From contig CBDEFM010000001.1 of the NCBI GenBank assembly GCA_965237415.1, forward strand, positions 260,205-324,204: DNA of 64,000 bases, read 5' to 3'. Shown one piece after another: positions 1 to 12,860 of this stretch. The notes beneath the pieces were generated by a model, which saw nothing but the letters and a program-made list of their open reading frames with translations, did no database searches and was not told the origin of the DNA. Both the position numbers and the translations under genes were made by a program. How positions within the stretch are numbered: the first letter of the stretch is position 1; every line of letters begins with the position of its first letter. The DNA comes from Alphaproteobacteria bacterium (lineage in GTDB: Bacteria; Pseudomonadota; Alphaproteobacteria; UBA828).

Positions 1-313
1 GCTCCACGGAGGCGAGCACCCCGTATTCGTGCATCGTATCCACCCAGCCGCGCAACTGCTCCGCGTACTCGTCATTCCAGAGTCGCCGTTCCCCATAAGG
101 TGCTGAGCAGGAGCTTGGATGAATGCTGCATTGCTCGGTGGAAATGACGGCCCATCCGCCTTCGGCTTTCATGCGCCGATGCGCGACATCCCCATGGTGC
201 TCGGTGTACCCCATCGCATTGCAGTGAGGCACTTGATAGAAGCGATTCTTGGCAATCTTCGGGCCGATCTTGATCGGCGTGAACAGGATGTCATGGCGGG
301 GATCGCGGGCCAT
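1..313 (-). CDS. Trimethylamine/dimethylamine/histamine-dehydrogenase-family flavoprotein (OYE-like FMN domain), 5' part only; gene runs off the window start
   Basis: Open-ended, so absent from the ORF track. Reverse translation from ATG (cat at 311-313, GGAGG upstream) gives MARDPRHDILFTPIKIGPKIAKNRFYQVPHCNAMGY...MKAEGGWAVISTEQCSIHP. This is the conserved TMADH-family N-terminus, including the VPHC cysteine context. It is paralogous to the N-terminus encoded at 2603..3127. Confidence 0.8.
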   Translation of the reverse strand, partial: MARDPRHDILFTPIKIGPKIAKNRFYQVPHCNAMGYTEHHGDVAHRRMKAEGGWAVISTEQCSIHPSSCSAPYGERRLWNDEYAEQLRGWVDTMHEYGVLASVE

Positions 314-451
314 TGTTGCCTCCCTGCACAGAATGCAGGCAGCGCCGCTGCAGGGGCGCGCCCTCTTATACGTCCTTGGCGATAGTCCGGCAGCGAACGC
401 GCCGAGCGCGTGGGCGCAAGGCGCGGCGCTGCCGGGATGTGAGACCCTCGC

Positions 452-832
452 CTAGGCGGCGAGCTGCTCGGCCTCGGGATCGTGAATGAAGAAGACCTTG
501 CGCACGGTCTCCTCGATTACCCAAGTCACCTGCTCACCCTTCGACGTGTAAAAGATATCGCCGGCGGTATAGGTGTGGGTCGTGCCGTCCTGCTCCGTTA
601 CGTGGATCTTGCCCTGGAGCAAGGTGCAGATCTCGTCGCCGGGATAGGTGTATTCGAACTTGCCCGGCGTGCACTGCCAGACGCCCGCCATCGTGCGCAT
701 GCCGAAGCCGCCCAGATCGAAACGTCCCTCGTGCACCGGGTTCCCTTCGAGCACATTCACGAACGGCAGATCACCCAGCGGCGGCCATGGCTCGAGGCCG
801 CCCTCGTCCTTCAGCGTCACATAGTTGAGCAT
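452..832 (-). CDS. Cupin-domain protein (DUF861/EutQ-like small cupin)
   Basis: 126-aa ORF. GDEICTLLQGKIHVTEQDG...YTAGDIFYTSKGEQVTW fits the two-motif cupin beta-barrel. The size is typical of single-domain cupins. Confidence 0.7.
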   Translation of the reverse strand: MLNYVTLKDEGGLEPWPPLGDLPFVNVLEGNPVHEGRFDLGGFGMRTMAGVWQCTPGKFEYTYPGDEICTLLQGKIHVTEQDGTTHTYTAGDIFYTSKGEQVTWVIEETVRKVFFIHDPEAEQLAA

Positions 833-950
833 TCTCTTTTCCTCTCCTTTGTGGGGTCTTGTCCCCTATCAGTCTACCCGGTCCATCGGTTGAGTCATCG
901 GTCGCTTTGCAGAAGCCTCATGAGCCCGATGCAGGAACATGTGTGACCTC

Positions 951-3240
<2,290 letters not shown>

Positions 3241-3518
3241 ATGTACTTACAATGCAAGACTTACATACATCAAAGTCGTTCTTGGCACTTCAATCTAAAG
3301 AGTTCGTTCGACCCGATCACACAGGGAAGAACCGACGTCGCGCATTGAGATAAGACTCTTCGAAATCCGAATTCCGCTCTGCCCCTGCCTCCAGGCGTCC
3401 CGTCCACCCTACTCCGGGCGGGCCATCGGGCGCTATCGCGCGAGGCGGCACACTTGCCCTCGCGCGGCCGCTGACTGCAAGCTGAGCACGCAACGCCCGC
3501 AGGGAGAAGGACAACGCA

Positions 3519-5039
3519 ATGGCGAACGCAACGTACGACGCAATCATCGTCGGCGCGGGCCATAATGGGCTCGTCGCCGCCTTCTATCTCGCGCGGGCGG
3601 GGCGCAAGGTGCTGCTCTGCGAGCGCAGACCCTTCGTCGGCGGCGCCTGCGCGACGGAGGAGCTTTTCGAAGGCTACCGCGTCTCGTCTTGTTCCTACGT
3701 CATGTGGAAGCTCGAACAGAAGGTGCGCGATGACATGGGCCTCGACGCGCGCGGGTTGACCATGCACTTGATCGACCCGCCCGTGTTCCTTCCCTACGAA
3801 GACGGCTCGCACGCACTCCTGCACTACGACATGGAGACCACGGTGGAATCGATCGCGCGGCTGAATACGCGCGACGCGGCGCGCTTTCCCGAATGGGTCG
3901 ACCTCTGGACCAGGGCAACCGCGCTGGTGCAGCCCTACATGCTGACCGATCCGCCGACACTCTCCGACGTTTGGGAACGCGCCAAGGCGAACGGCGACGA
4001 AGCGGTGTTGGAGCGTTTATTCACCTCGTCGCTCGTCGACCTCGCGGCCGACTATTTCGAGGACGAGCGCGTGCGCGCGATGATGCTCTACGTGCAGGAT
4101 ATGGCCGACCCCTACGCCAATGGCAGCGCCTGGGCCGAGATATTCTTCCAATTCGGCGCTGCTGGCGGGCACGGCTTCTACGTCGTCGAAGGCGGCATGG
4201 GCTCGATCACCCGCACCATGGCAGAGGCGGTGGCGGAGCAGGGCGGCGAGATCCGCTGCGATGCGCCGGTCGTGCGGGTGCTGGTGGAGGGCGGCGCAGC
4301 TACCGGCGTGCGCCTCGCCTCGGGTGAAGAGATCCGCGCCGAGATCGTGCTCTCGAATGCCGATCCCAAGCGCACCTACCGGAGCCTCTTCGGGCCCGAG
4401 GATCTGCCGGCGGGTCTCATGAACCGCGTGGAGCGGCTCAAGACCGAGACCGGCTACTTCAAGTTTCACTGCGTGATGGACGAGCCGCCGGACGTTTCGG
4501 GTTATCTCGACGGATATGACGGCCCGCCCATCTCCTACATTCTGATCGCGCCGAGCCTTGATCATTATGCCCGGGCGGGAGCGGAAATGCGGGCGGGAGA
4601 GCCCTGCAGCGAGCCGATCTGCCACCTTCAGGTGCCGACCTTCTATGACAAGACACTGACCGATCGGGATGGCCATATTTGCTCGATCTGGGGTCTCTAC
4701 GCGCCGCCGCGGCTCGCGACAGGCACCTGGGAGGAGCGGCGCGAGGAAGTGGGCGAAGGAGTCGTCGATTACGTGACGCGCTTCGTCCCCAATTTCCGCT
4801 CAGCCATCCGCGAGTGGATGTTCATGAGCCCCTGGGACATCGAGCAGCGCACGGGGATCACCGATGGCGCAATCCGCCATCTCGACGTGGTGCCGAGCCA
4901 GTTCCTGAGGGGGCGGCCCGGCTACGATACCGAGATTCGCAACTTCTATCTCTGCGGCGGCGGCACGCACCCGGCCGGCGAGGTTACCGGCGCACCCGGC
5001 CACAACGCCGCCCACCACATCCTTCGCACCAACGCCTGA
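3519..5039 (+). CDS. NAD(P)/FAD-dependent oxidoreductase, phytoene-desaturase (CrtI)/amine-oxidase family
   Basis: 506 aa. N-terminal dinucleotide-binding motif YDAIIVGAGHNGLVAAFYLARAGRKVLLCE..VGG. Length and C-terminal GGGTHPAGEVTGAPG are typical of the CrtI family. GGAGAAGGA lies upstream of the ATG. Confidence 0.8.
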   Translation: MANATYDAIIVGAGHNGLVAAFYLARAGRKVLLCERRPFVGGACATEELFEGYRVSSCSYVMWKLEQKVRDDMGLDARGLTMHLIDPPVFLPYEDGSHALLHYDMETTVESIARLNTRDAARFPEWVDLWTRATALVQPYMLTDPPTLSDVWERAKANGDEAVLERLFTSSLVDLAADYFEDERVRAMMLYVQDMADPYANGSAWAEIFFQFGAAGGHGFYVVEGGMGSITRTMAEAVAEQGGEIRCDAPVVRVLVEGGAATGVRLASGEEIRAEIVLSNADPKRTYRSLFGPEDLPAGLMNRVERLKTETGYFKFHCVMDEPPDVSGYLDGYDGPPISYILIAPSLDHYARAGAEMRAGEPCSEPICHLQVPTFYDKTLTDRDGHICSIWGLYAPPRLATGTWEERREEVGEGVVDYVTRFVPNFRSAIREWMFMSPWDIEQRTGITDGAIRHLDVVPSQFLRGRPGYDTEIRNFYLCGGGTHPAGEVTGAPGHNAAHHILRTNA

Positions 5040-5121
5040 CTCCCCTCGCCCCGCTTCGTGATCCCACAGACCCGCTGATAGACTGAGCGCCGCCGAGCGC
5101 AATGCGGGAGGGCTGCAGCCG

Positions 5122-7569
5122 ATGACCCAAGGGTTTCCCGACCAGGCGCGTGTCGTGATCATCGGCGGCGGGGCGATTGGCTGTGCCACCGCGTACCATC
5201 TGGCGAAACACGGCTGCGATGATGTCGTCCTGGTCGAGAAAGCCAAGCTCACTTCTGGATCGACCTGGCATGCCGCCGGCGCCTTCGCGCAGTTCCGCAC
5301 AGATCCGAACGCGGGGCGGCTTATGGCCTATGGCGCCGACCTCTACGCCTCGCTCGAGGCCGAAACCGGCCAGGCCACGGGTTGGCGGCAGACCGGCGGC
5401 ATGCGGGTCGCCTCGAACCGCGACCGCCGCCACGAGTACGAGCGGGCGATCACGACGGCGCGCTCCTTCGGCGTCGAGATGCAACTGATATCGGCGAAGG
5501 AAGCGCAGGCGCTCTTCCCCTTCATGACCATCGATCATGTGGATTGCGCGCTCTATATCCCCTCCGACGGCGCCCTGAGCCCGTCGGATACATGCATGGC
5601 ACTGGCGAAAGGGGCGCGCCAATACGGTGCCCGGCTCTTCGAAGACACCGCGGTGACCGGTTTCGAGATGGAGCGCGGCCGTGTCAACGCAGTCAGGACG
5701 GAGCGCGGCACGATCCGCTGCGAGATCGCGGTGATCTGCTGCGGCATCTGGTCGCGCGAAGTCGGGCGGCTCGCGGGGGTGAACGTCCCAATCCAGCCCT
5801 CGCATCATTGCTATTTCATCACCGAGCCGATCGAGGGCGTGACCCGCGACCTGCCGACGACGCGGGACCCCGACCTCTGGCACTACATCCGCGAGGAGGT
5901 CGGCGGACTGCTCGTCGGCCAGTACGACCCCGATCCGATCCCGTTCACCGATCCGATACCCAGGGACCACGAGTTCAAGCTCATGCCCGAGAACCTCGAC
6001 CACTTCATGCCGAGGCTCGAAGGGTTGCTCGACTGGATTCCCGTGCTCAAGACGGTGGGCATCAAGAGCTGGTTCAATGGCCTGGAATCCTTCACCGAAG
6101 ACCAGAATCCGGTGATGGGCGAGGCGCCGGAGGTGCGCAACATCTTCGTGAGCGCGGGCTTCAATGCCTACGGTCTCACCGGCTGCGGCGGCGCCGGTAT
6201 GGCGCTCGGCGAGTGGATCCTGAACGGCGAGCCGCCCTACGACATCTGGAGCTTCGATATCCGCCGCTTTAGCGGCTACCACAGGGCCGACAGCCAGGTT
6301 CTGGTTCGTTCGCTGGAAGGCCAGGGTCACCATTACACCATCGTCTGGCCCCGCGAGGAGATGAAGGCCGGCCGGCCGCTACGGCGTAGCGCGATCTACG
6401 ATCGCCTGGCAGACAGCCGCGCCTGCTTCGGCGCCAAGTTCGGGTGGGAGCGGCCCAACTGGTTTGCGCCCGAAGGGGTCGAGCCGGTGGAGATCGACAG
6501 CTTCGTGCGCCCCCACTGGCACGCGCACGTCGCCGTCGAGCACGCGTCCTGCCGGGGTGCGGCCGCCCTCTTCGACCAGTCGTCCTTCGCCAAGTTCGCC
6601 CTGGTTGGGCGCGATGCGGAGTCCTGCCTGCAGCGCATCTGCGCCGCGGATGTGAGCAAGCCGCCGGGGCGCATCACCTACACGCAGATGCTCAAGGGGC
6701 ACGGCGGGATCGAATGCGACCTGACCGTCGCGCGCATCGCGGACGACTCCTTCTACATCGTTACCGGCACCGGCTTTGCGACCCACGACTTCGACCATAT
6801 CAGCTGCAACATCGATCCGGACGCCCACGCCTCGCTGATCGACGTCACCTCGGCCTACGGGGTGCTCGCGCTGATGGGGCCGCGCGCCCGCGAAATCCTC
6901 GCTGCCGTTGCCGAAGGCCCTCTCGGGCCGGAGGACTTTCCCTTCGGCGCGGTGCGGGAGATCTACGTGGCCGGCGCGCCCGTCCGCGCCATGCGCATCA
7001 CCTTCGTGGGCGAGCTCGGCTGGGAGCTCCACGTTCCGACCGACTACATGGTCACGGTCTACGATGCGCTGAAGGAAGCGGGTGACGCGCACGGGCTGCG
7101 CGATGCGGGCTACCGGGCGATCGACAGCCTGCGGTTGGAGAAGGGCTACCGCGTGTGGGCGGCGGATATCGGTCCTGACTTCAACCCGCTGGAGGCCGGC
7201 CTCGACTTCGCAGTTGCGTTCGACAAGGCGACGCCGTTCATCGGCCAGGACGCTGTGCGGAGGCAGCGGGAACAGCCGCTGACCCGCCGCCTCGTGACCT
7301 TCACCATCGCGGACGACCCCGAGGTGCAGCTGTGGGGCCGTGAGACAATCATTCGGAACGGCGAGCGCGTGGGCTGGCTCGCTTCCGGCGGTTTCGGCCA
7401 CACCGTCGGCCAGAGCATTGGCATGGGCTATGTGCGAAACCCGGCGGGCGTCGGCGACGACTATCTCGCGAGTGGCACGTATTCGCTGGAGGTCGCAACG
7501 CGCGAGGTGCCGGCCGAACTCCACCTACGGCCGCTCTACGATCCGGACAACGAGCGGGTCAAGGCGTGA
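5122..7569 (+). CDS. Dimethylglycine/sarcosine-dehydrogenase-like enzyme (DAO-type FAD domain fused to GcvT folate-binding aminomethyltransferase domain)
   Basis: 815 aa. N-terminal RVVIIGGGAIGCATAYHLAKHG FAD motif. The C-terminal half has GcvT-like features (FAKFALVGRDAE.., GYRAIDSLRLEKGY). The two-domain architecture is diagnostic of this family. Confidence 0.85.
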   Translation: MTQGFPDQARVVIIGGGAIGCATAYHLAKHGCDDVVLVEKAKLTSGSTWHAAGAFAQFRTDPNAGRLMAYGADLYASLEAETGQATGWRQTGGMRVASNRDRRHEYERAITTARSFGVEMQLISAKEAQALFPFMTIDHVDCALYIPSDGALSPSDTCMALAKGARQYGARLFEDTAVTGFEMERGRVNAVRTERGTIRCEIAVICCGIWSREVGRLAGVNVPIQPSHHCYFITEPIEGVTRDLPTTRDPDLWHYIREEVGGLLVGQYDPDPIPFTDPIPRDHEFKLMPENLDHFMPRLEGLLDWIPVLKTVGIKSWFNGLESFTEDQNPVMGEAPEVRNIFVSAGFNAYGLTGCGGAGMALGEWILNGEPPYDIWSFDIRRFSGYHRADSQVLVRSLEGQGHHYTIVWPREEMKAGRPLRRSAIYDRLADSRACFGAKFGWERPNWFAPEGVEPVEIDSFVRPHWHAHVAVEHASCRGAAALFDQSSFAKFALVGRDAESCLQRICAADVSKPPGRITYTQMLKGHGGIECDLTVARIADDSFYIVTGTGFATHDFDHISCNIDPDAHASLIDVTSAYGVLALMGPRAREILAAVAEGPLGPEDFPFGAVREIYVAGAPVRAMRITFVGELGWELHVPTDYMVTVYDALKEAGDAHGLRDAGYRAIDSLRLEKGYRVWAADIGPDFNPLEAGLDFAVAFDKATPFIGQDAVRRQREQPLTRRLVTFTIADDPEVQLWGRETIIRNGERVGWLASGGFGHTVGQSIGMGYVRNPAGVGDDYLASGTYSLEVATREVPAELHLRPLYDPDNERVKA

Positions 7570-7597
7570 GCGCCGCCCGCAACCGGGCGCATGAGGC

Positions 7598-8575
7598 ATG
7601 ACGGACAAGCCCATAACAGACGACGAGGTTTATTCGCTGGTCGGCGGCGCGCGCGGCATGGAGGCGCGCAGCGGCGCGGCGATCGAACGCGCCCGCGCGC
7701 TGCCGATCTGGACCGGCGCCGTCGAGCCCGCCTTGTTGAGCGGCGGTCTCAGCAACATCAACCTCACCGCAGAAGACGATGGCCAGCGCTACGTGATCCG
7801 CGTCGGCGAGGACGAGCCCTTCTTCGGCGTCTCCCGCGAGCACGAGCTCCAGGCCTTTCGTGCGGCCCACGCCGCAGGGGTCGCGCCGGAGGTGGTCTAC
7901 GCCGAGCCCGGCCTGATGGTGATCCGCTTCATCGAAGGCCGTTCGCTCCTGCCGGCCGACGTGCACGAGCCGGAGCAGCTCGCCAAGGTGGCCCGTCTCT
8001 TTCGCCAGCTCCATCGCGAGGCGCATAAGCACCTGGACTCGACGGGCTTCATGTTCTGGCCGTTCCAGCATCATCGCTCGTACATTCGGTTGTTGCAGGA
8101 ACGCTCCGACCGGCTCTACGAGCGATGGCTAGCCATGTTGCCGGGCCTCGCCGCAGCGAACGAGGCGCTGGAGCGCGCGATGGGTCCGGCGACCATCGTC
8201 TTCGGCCATAACGACCTCAACCCGCAGAACATCATGGACGACGGCGAACGGCTCTGGTTCGTGGACTGGGAGTTCGCCGGGTTCGTGGTAGACCTGTTCG
8301 ACCTCGGCGTCCTCGCCATGAATATCGAGATCAGGCCGGACGAGATCGACCCTTATCTCGAGAACTATTTCGACGCCCCGGCTACCGACGAGCTTCGCTA
8401 CCGCTTTGCCGCCGCGACAGTGGTTGCTGCCATACGCGAGACCACCTGGAGCATCGTCTCCGAGGTGATGGACAAGCCGATTGACTTCGACTTCCGGATC
8501 TACTCGACGATGAATGCGGACCGCTACGAGCGCATGTACGCTGAATTCTGCGAGACCTATGGCACTTCGGGGTAG
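7598..8575 (+). CDS. Choline/ethanolamine-kinase-like phosphotransferase (APH fold)
   Basis: 325 aa. Brenner-type catalytic motif FGHNDLNPQNIM followed by WFVDWEFAG, the choline-kinase motif pair. Confidence 0.75.
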   Translation: MTDKPITDDEVYSLVGGARGMEARSGAAIERARALPIWTGAVEPALLSGGLSNINLTAEDDGQRYVIRVGEDEPFFGVSREHELQAFRAAHAAGVAPEVVYAEPGLMVIRFIEGRSLLPADVHEPEQLAKVARLFRQLHREAHKHLDSTGFMFWPFQHHRSYIRLLQERSDRLYERWLAMLPGLAAANEALERAMGPATIVFGHNDLNPQNIMDDGERLWFVDWEFAGFVVDLFDLGVLAMNIEIRPDEIDPYLENYFDAPATDELRYRFAAATVVAAIRETTWSIVSEVMDKPIDFDFRIYSTMNADRYERMYAEFCETYGTSG

Positions 8576-8589
8576 CAAGGGGGCGATCG

Positions 8590-9477
8590 ATGAGTGAAGA
8601 GAGGCAGCCCAACGAGACCTGTCGCGTCGCCGTGGAGGGCGGCGAGGTGGCCGTCTACAGCTACGGCGCGAGCGAGCGGATTCTGCTTGGTCTTCACGGC
8701 GGCCCCGGTCTTCCCTGCGACTATGTGCGAGACAGCCATTCGGTGATGGCGGATCACGGCTATCGCGTGGTGGTCTATGACCAGCTCGGCTGCGGCCAGT
8801 CCGACAAACCGGACGATACCTCGCTCTTCAACGTGGCCCGCTATGTGGACGAGGTGGAGGCGGTTCGGTCCGCGCTCGGGCTCGGCCGGGTCCATCTGCT
8901 CGGGCAATCCTGGGGAACCTGGTTGGGCACCGATTACTGCCTGAAGTACCAGGATAACGTCGCATCCTACGTGATCGCGAACGGCTCAGGCTGTGTGCCG
9001 CACACGGTGGCGGAGATGAAGCGCCTTCGCGCCGCCCTGGGCCCCGAGACGGTGGCCATGATGCAGCGTCACGAGGCGCAAGGAACCACGGACCACCCTG
9101 CCTATCAGGCCGCCATCACCATCCTGTACTTCAGGCACCTGTGCCGGGTCGACGAGTGGCCCGCGCCGCTGCAGCGCTCGCTCGACGGCATCAACATGGC
9201 GGTCTACGGCACGATGTGGGGACCCAACGAGTTCTGCTGCGTCGGCACGCTCAAGGATTGGGACCGGCTCTCGGAGATGTCACGCATCACCGTGCCCTGC
9301 CTGATTGTGAGCGGCCTCCACGACGAGCTCACCCCGGAAGGCGCCATGCTCATGCAGGACGTGCTACCGAATGCAACGAGCGTCGTCTTCCCCAACAGCT
9401 CGCACACGCCTTTCTTCGAAGAGCCCGACGCCTATTTCGCGGCGCTGCGCGACTTCCTCGATCGCCAGCCCGGCTGA
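8590..9477 (+). CDS. Alpha/beta hydrolase, proline-iminopeptidase family
   Basis: 295 aa. LHGGPGLPCDY oxyanion region, nucleophile elbow LLGQSWGTWLG (GxSxG), and C-terminal NSSHTPFFEEP with the catalytic His. Confidence 0.75.
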   Translation: MSEERQPNETCRVAVEGGEVAVYSYGASERILLGLHGGPGLPCDYVRDSHSVMADHGYRVVVYDQLGCGQSDKPDDTSLFNVARYVDEVEAVRSALGLGRVHLLGQSWGTWLGTDYCLKYQDNVASYVIANGSGCVPHTVAEMKRLRAALGPETVAMMQRHEAQGTTDHPAYQAAITILYFRHLCRVDEWPAPLQRSLDGINMAVYGTMWGPNEFCCVGTLKDWDRLSEMSRITVPCLIVSGLHDELTPEGAMLMQDVLPNATSVVFPNSSHTPFFEEPDAYFAALRDFLDRQPG

Positions 9478-9490
9478 GCCCTGCCGCTCC

Positions 9491-10276
9491 TCAGTGGATG
9501 CTGAGGCCGGCGCAGACATTGATCGCTTGCCCGGTCACGTAGCGTCCGGGATCGCCGGCGAGGCAAACGGCCATCTCGGCGATCGCGGTCGGCGGGATCA
9601 GGGCGTTCATCATGTTGGTGCGCATGCTCTCGTCATAGACCTTCTCGTAGGGTTCGCCGAGATCGCGCGCCATGTTCTCGTGCAACTCCACCGCCATTTT
9701 GGTCTCGATCCAGCCGGGACAGATGGCGTTCACCCGGATGTTGTGCTCGCCCACCTCGGCGGCGAGACAGCGCACGAAGCCGACCAGGCCGTGCTTGGTG
9801 GCGTTGTAGGCGGTCCACTCCGCATCCGCGGTCTTGGCGTTGGTCGAGGCGTTGAAGAGCTGCACGCCGCCGGCACCCTGCGCGATCATCGTCGGCAGCG
9901 TGTGCTTCGAAATCAGGTACGGCGCCTTCAGGTTGACGGCCATGATCCAGTCCCACATGGCCTCGTCCATGTCGACGACCTTGCTGTAATCGGCGACTCC
10001 GGCATTGTTTACGACCACGTCGATGCCGCCGAGCCTCTCGATGGCGGCCTTGCACATCGCCTCGATGGCCGAAGGGTCTGTCAGATCGGCGGGGGCGGCA
10101 AAGGCCTTGCCGCCAGCGTCGGCGATGGCCTCTAGGGTCTCCGCCGCTCGTGCCTCGCTCCGTGCGTGGATTGCGACCGTCGCGCCTTCTCGTGCGTAAG
10201 CCTCCGCGATCGCGCGCCCGATGCCGCTCGCCGCGCCTGTGACGAGTGTCCGTTTGCCCTCCAGTCCTACTCTCAT
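9491..10276 (-). CDS. Short-chain dehydrogenase/reductase (SDR)
   Basis: TLVTGAASGIGRAI cofactor motif, NNAG, and catalytic YNATK (YxxxK). Start moved from the track's 10354 to ATG 10276 (MRVGLEGKR), which gives the canonical about 260-aa size. Confidence 0.85.
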   Translation of the reverse strand: MRVGLEGKRTLVTGAASGIGRAIAEAYAREGATVAIHARSEARAAETLEAIADAGGKAFAAPADLTDPSAIEAMCKAAIERLGGIDVVVNNAGVADYSKVVDMDEAMWDWIMAVNLKAPYLISKHTLPTMIAQGAGGVQLFNASTNAKTADAEWTAYNATKHGLVGFVRCLAAEVGEHNIRVNAICPGWIETKMAVELHENMARDLGEPYEKVYDESMRTNMMNALIPPTAIAEMAVCLAGDPGRYVTGQAINVCAGLSIH

Positions 10277-10316
10277 GACTCTCTCTCCAGGGTTGCCGCC
10301 AGCGTGACCGGGTTGT

Positions 10317-11027
10317 CTAGGCGACGCCCAGATAGGTCTGCTGCACCTTGTCATTCTCGCGCAGGTCGGCCGCCGGGCCTTCGAGAACGATCCGTCCCGT
10401 CTCCATCACGTACCCCTTCTGGGCAAGCGCAAGGGCAAGCCGGGCGTTCTGCTCGACCAGCACGATGGTCCGTTTCTCGGTGTGCAGCGCGCGGATGATG
10501 CGGGCGATTTCGCGGCACATGATGGGAGACAACCCGAGCGACGGCTCGTCCATCAGGATCACGTTGGGTCTCGACATCAGGGCGCGGCCCATGGCGAGCA
10601 TCTGCTGCTCGCCGCCGGAGAGCGTGCCCGCGAGCTGGCTGGCGCGCTCCTGCAAGCGCGGGAACCGCCTGAAGACATCGTCGAAATCCGCACGCAGACC
10701 GTCCGCGTCCTTGCGCAAGTAGGCGCCCATCTCCAGATTCTCGCGCACGGTCATCATGGGGAAGACACGCCGCCCCTCGGGCACATGGGCGATGCCAAGT
10801 CCGGCGATCTTCTCCGGCGAGGCGCCGTTGATGCGCGCGCCCCCCAGGCGGATTTCGCCGCCGCTCAGACGCTCGAGGCCGGAGATCGCCCGCAATGTGG
10901 TGGACTTCCCCGCGCCGTTGGCACCGATCAGGGTGACGATCTCCCCCTCCTCGACGCCGATGGAGATCCCCTTGACGGCTTCGATCTTGTTGTAGCTGAC
11001 CGATACGTTCTCGAGTTCAAGCAGCAA
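10317..11027 (-). CDS. livF: Branched-chain-amino-acid-type ABC transporter ATP-binding protein (LivF-like)
   Basis: 236 aa. Walker A GANGAGKST, ABC signature LSGGEQQMLAMGRAL, Walker B ILMDEPS. Confidence 0.9.
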   Translation of the reverse strand: MLLELENVSVSYNKIEAVKGISIGVEEGEIVTLIGANGAGKSTTLRAISGLERLSGGEIRLGGARINGASPEKIAGLGIAHVPEGRRVFPMMTVRENLEMGAYLRKDADGLRADFDDVFRRFPRLQERASQLAGTLSGGEQQMLAMGRALMSRPNVILMDEPSLGLSPIMCREIARIIRALHTEKRTIVLVEQNARLALALAQKGYVMETGRIVLEGPAADLRENDKVQQTYLGVA

Positions 11028-11802
11028 AGTCGTCGTCTCCCAAGATGTCCTCGGAGCCGAGATAGGCCTCGATCACCTCCGGGTTAGAAACGATCTCCGC
11101 CGGCACACCTTCCGTCAGCTTCTTTCCGAAATTCAGGACCGTGATGTACTCGCAGAGGCCCATCACAGTCTTCATGTCGTGCTCGACCAACAGGATCGTG
11201 ATGTTCCATTCGTCGCGCAGCTTCCGAATTATTGCGGTCATGCGCTCTGTCTCGGCCGGATTCATCCCGGCGACGGGCTCGTCCAGCATGAGGATGCGGG
11301 GTTCCGTGGCGAGCGCCATCGCGACACCGAGCGCGCGCTGATGACCGTGCGAGAGATTGGGCGCGAGTTCGTCTCTGAACGCACTCAGGCCGATGTAATC
11401 GAGAATCTCCAGAGCCCGCCTCTCATTGGCCTTCTCCATGCCGCGCGCCGTGCCGACAATCGCGCCGAACAGGCTCTCGCGCGCATGCAGGTGCCGTGCG
11501 ATCAGCACATTCTGAAGCACCGTGAAGTCGCTGAACATCGCGGAGCGCTGAAAAGTGCGCACTCCACCCTTGCCTGCGATCCGGCTCGGGCGCAGGCCGG
11601 TGAGCTTGTCGCCGTTCAGGAAGACGTCGCCGGAGGTCGGCCTGTAGGTGCCCGAGATGACGTTGAAGAGCGTCGTCTTGCCTGCCCCGTTCGGCCCGAT
11701 GACGCCGCGGATTTCACCTTCCTCGACCGTCATGTCGAGATCGGAAATGGCGAGGAGGCCGCCGAAGCGCTTGGTCAGTTGTCTGACTTCGAGAAGCGCC
11801 AC
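11017..11802 (-). CDS. livG: Branched-chain-amino-acid-type ABC transporter ATP-binding protein (LivG-like)
   Basis: 261 aa. Walker A GPNGAGKTT, signature LSHGHQRALGVAMAL, Walker B LMLDEPVAG. Overlaps the livF start. Confidence 0.9.
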   Translation of the reverse strand: MALLEVRQLTKRFGGLLAISDLDMTVEEGEIRGVIGPNGAGKTTLFNVISGTYRPTSGDVFLNGDKLTGLRPSRIAGKGGVRTFQRSAMFSDFTVLQNVLIARHLHARESLFGAIVGTARGMEKANERRALEILDYIGLSAFRDELAPNLSHGHQRALGVAMALATEPRILMLDEPVAGMNPAETERMTAIIRKLRDEWNITILLVEHDMKTVMGLCEYITVLNFGKKLTEGVPAEIVSNPEVIEAYLGSEDILGDDDFAA

Positions 11803-11813
11803 GATTTCGGCCC

Positions 11814-12860
11814 CTATGTGCGCGATGCGAACGTCGTCACCCAGGCGCGCAGACGTTCGAGTTGCTGGCCCGGCGGTGTGCGGAGCGCATTGGCGACCTT
11901 AGGGAACAGGCTTTCCAGCCCGCCCGGCAAAAAGATGAGGAAGAAGATCAGGACGGTGCCGAACATCAGCGGTCGCCATTCCAGCAGCGGCCGGCTCCAT
12001 TCGAAGGCGATGGTCACAACGACCAGTCCCACGATCGGACCCCAGAAGGTGGCGATACCGCCGACCACCACCCAGATGATCAGATAGATCATCGTGGTCA
12101 GGTCGAAGTTGCGAGGATCGATCGAACCCATTCGGTACGCCAGCAGAGCGCCCGCGATACCGGCGAAGAACGCGCCCGCGATGAAGGCGAGGCTGCGGTA
12201 GCGCGCGACGTCGATACCGACGCATTCGGCCAGAAGGTCGTCGCTGTGGATCGACTTCCAGGCGTTCCCGAGGCGCGACTTGTCGAGCCTCCACATAATG
12301 AAGACGGCGGCAAGCATGACGATAAAGCAGGTGAAGTAATAGGGCACCGGCGGCGACAGCCTGAGCCCGACGATCTCCGGCGACGGGATATTGATGATCC
12401 CACGCGTACCGCCGAACGGGAACTGCACCTTCACCCAGATAAGCCGGATCAGCTCACCCATGGCGAAGGAGCCGATGAAGAAGCCGAAGCCCGCCGTTCG
12501 CAGCAGTGGCACGATGAAGGCGGCGCCCACGATTGCCGCGGTGATCCCCGCCATCGGTACAACGACACCGAAGGGCAGCCCGGCATGCTTGGCTATGAGC
12601 GCCGCGCCATAGGACCCTGCGCCCATCAGCACCACATGGGCGAAGCTCCAATCCCCGGTCGTGGTGATGAGCCGGTAGCTCGTCACCATGATGACGTTGA
12701 TGAAGAATACGATCGCGAGCTCGCGGTGATAGGGCTTCAGCTCGAAGCCAAGGACACACAGGACGGCGAGCACCGCGGCGAGAAGGAGCAGCGGGGCGAA
12801 CCGCCGCATCGCGTTCGCGGTCGCTTGGCTGGTCTCCACCGCTTCGTCAGGCGCGCTCAC
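11814..12860 (-). CDS. livM: ABC transporter permease (LivM-like)
   Basis: 348 aa, multi-pass hydrophobic protein. Position and order match liv operons. Confidence 0.85.
   Translation of the reverse strand: MSAPDEAVETSQATANAMRRFAPLLLLAAVLAVLCVLGFELKPYHRELAIVFFINVIMVTSYRLITTTGDWSFAHVVLMGAGSYGAALIAKHAGLPFGVVVPMAGITAAIVGAAFIVPLLRTAGFGFFIGSFAMGELIRLIWVKVQFPFGGTRGIINIPSPEIVGLRLSPPVPYYFTCFIVMLAAVFIMWRLDKSRLGNAWKSIHSDDLLAECVGIDVARYRSLAFIAGAFFAGIAGALLAYRMGSIDPRNFDLTTMIYLIIWVVVGGIATFWGPIVGLVVVTIAFEWSRPLLEWRPLMFGTVLIFFLIFLPGGLESLFPKVANALRTPPGQQLERLRAWVTTFASRT

Noticed and set aside
3283-3298. TGGCAC motif suggesting a sigma-54 promoter upstream of the CrtI-like gene.
   Set aside because: The -12 element (TTGC/GC at the correct 10-nt spacing from GG) is absent.
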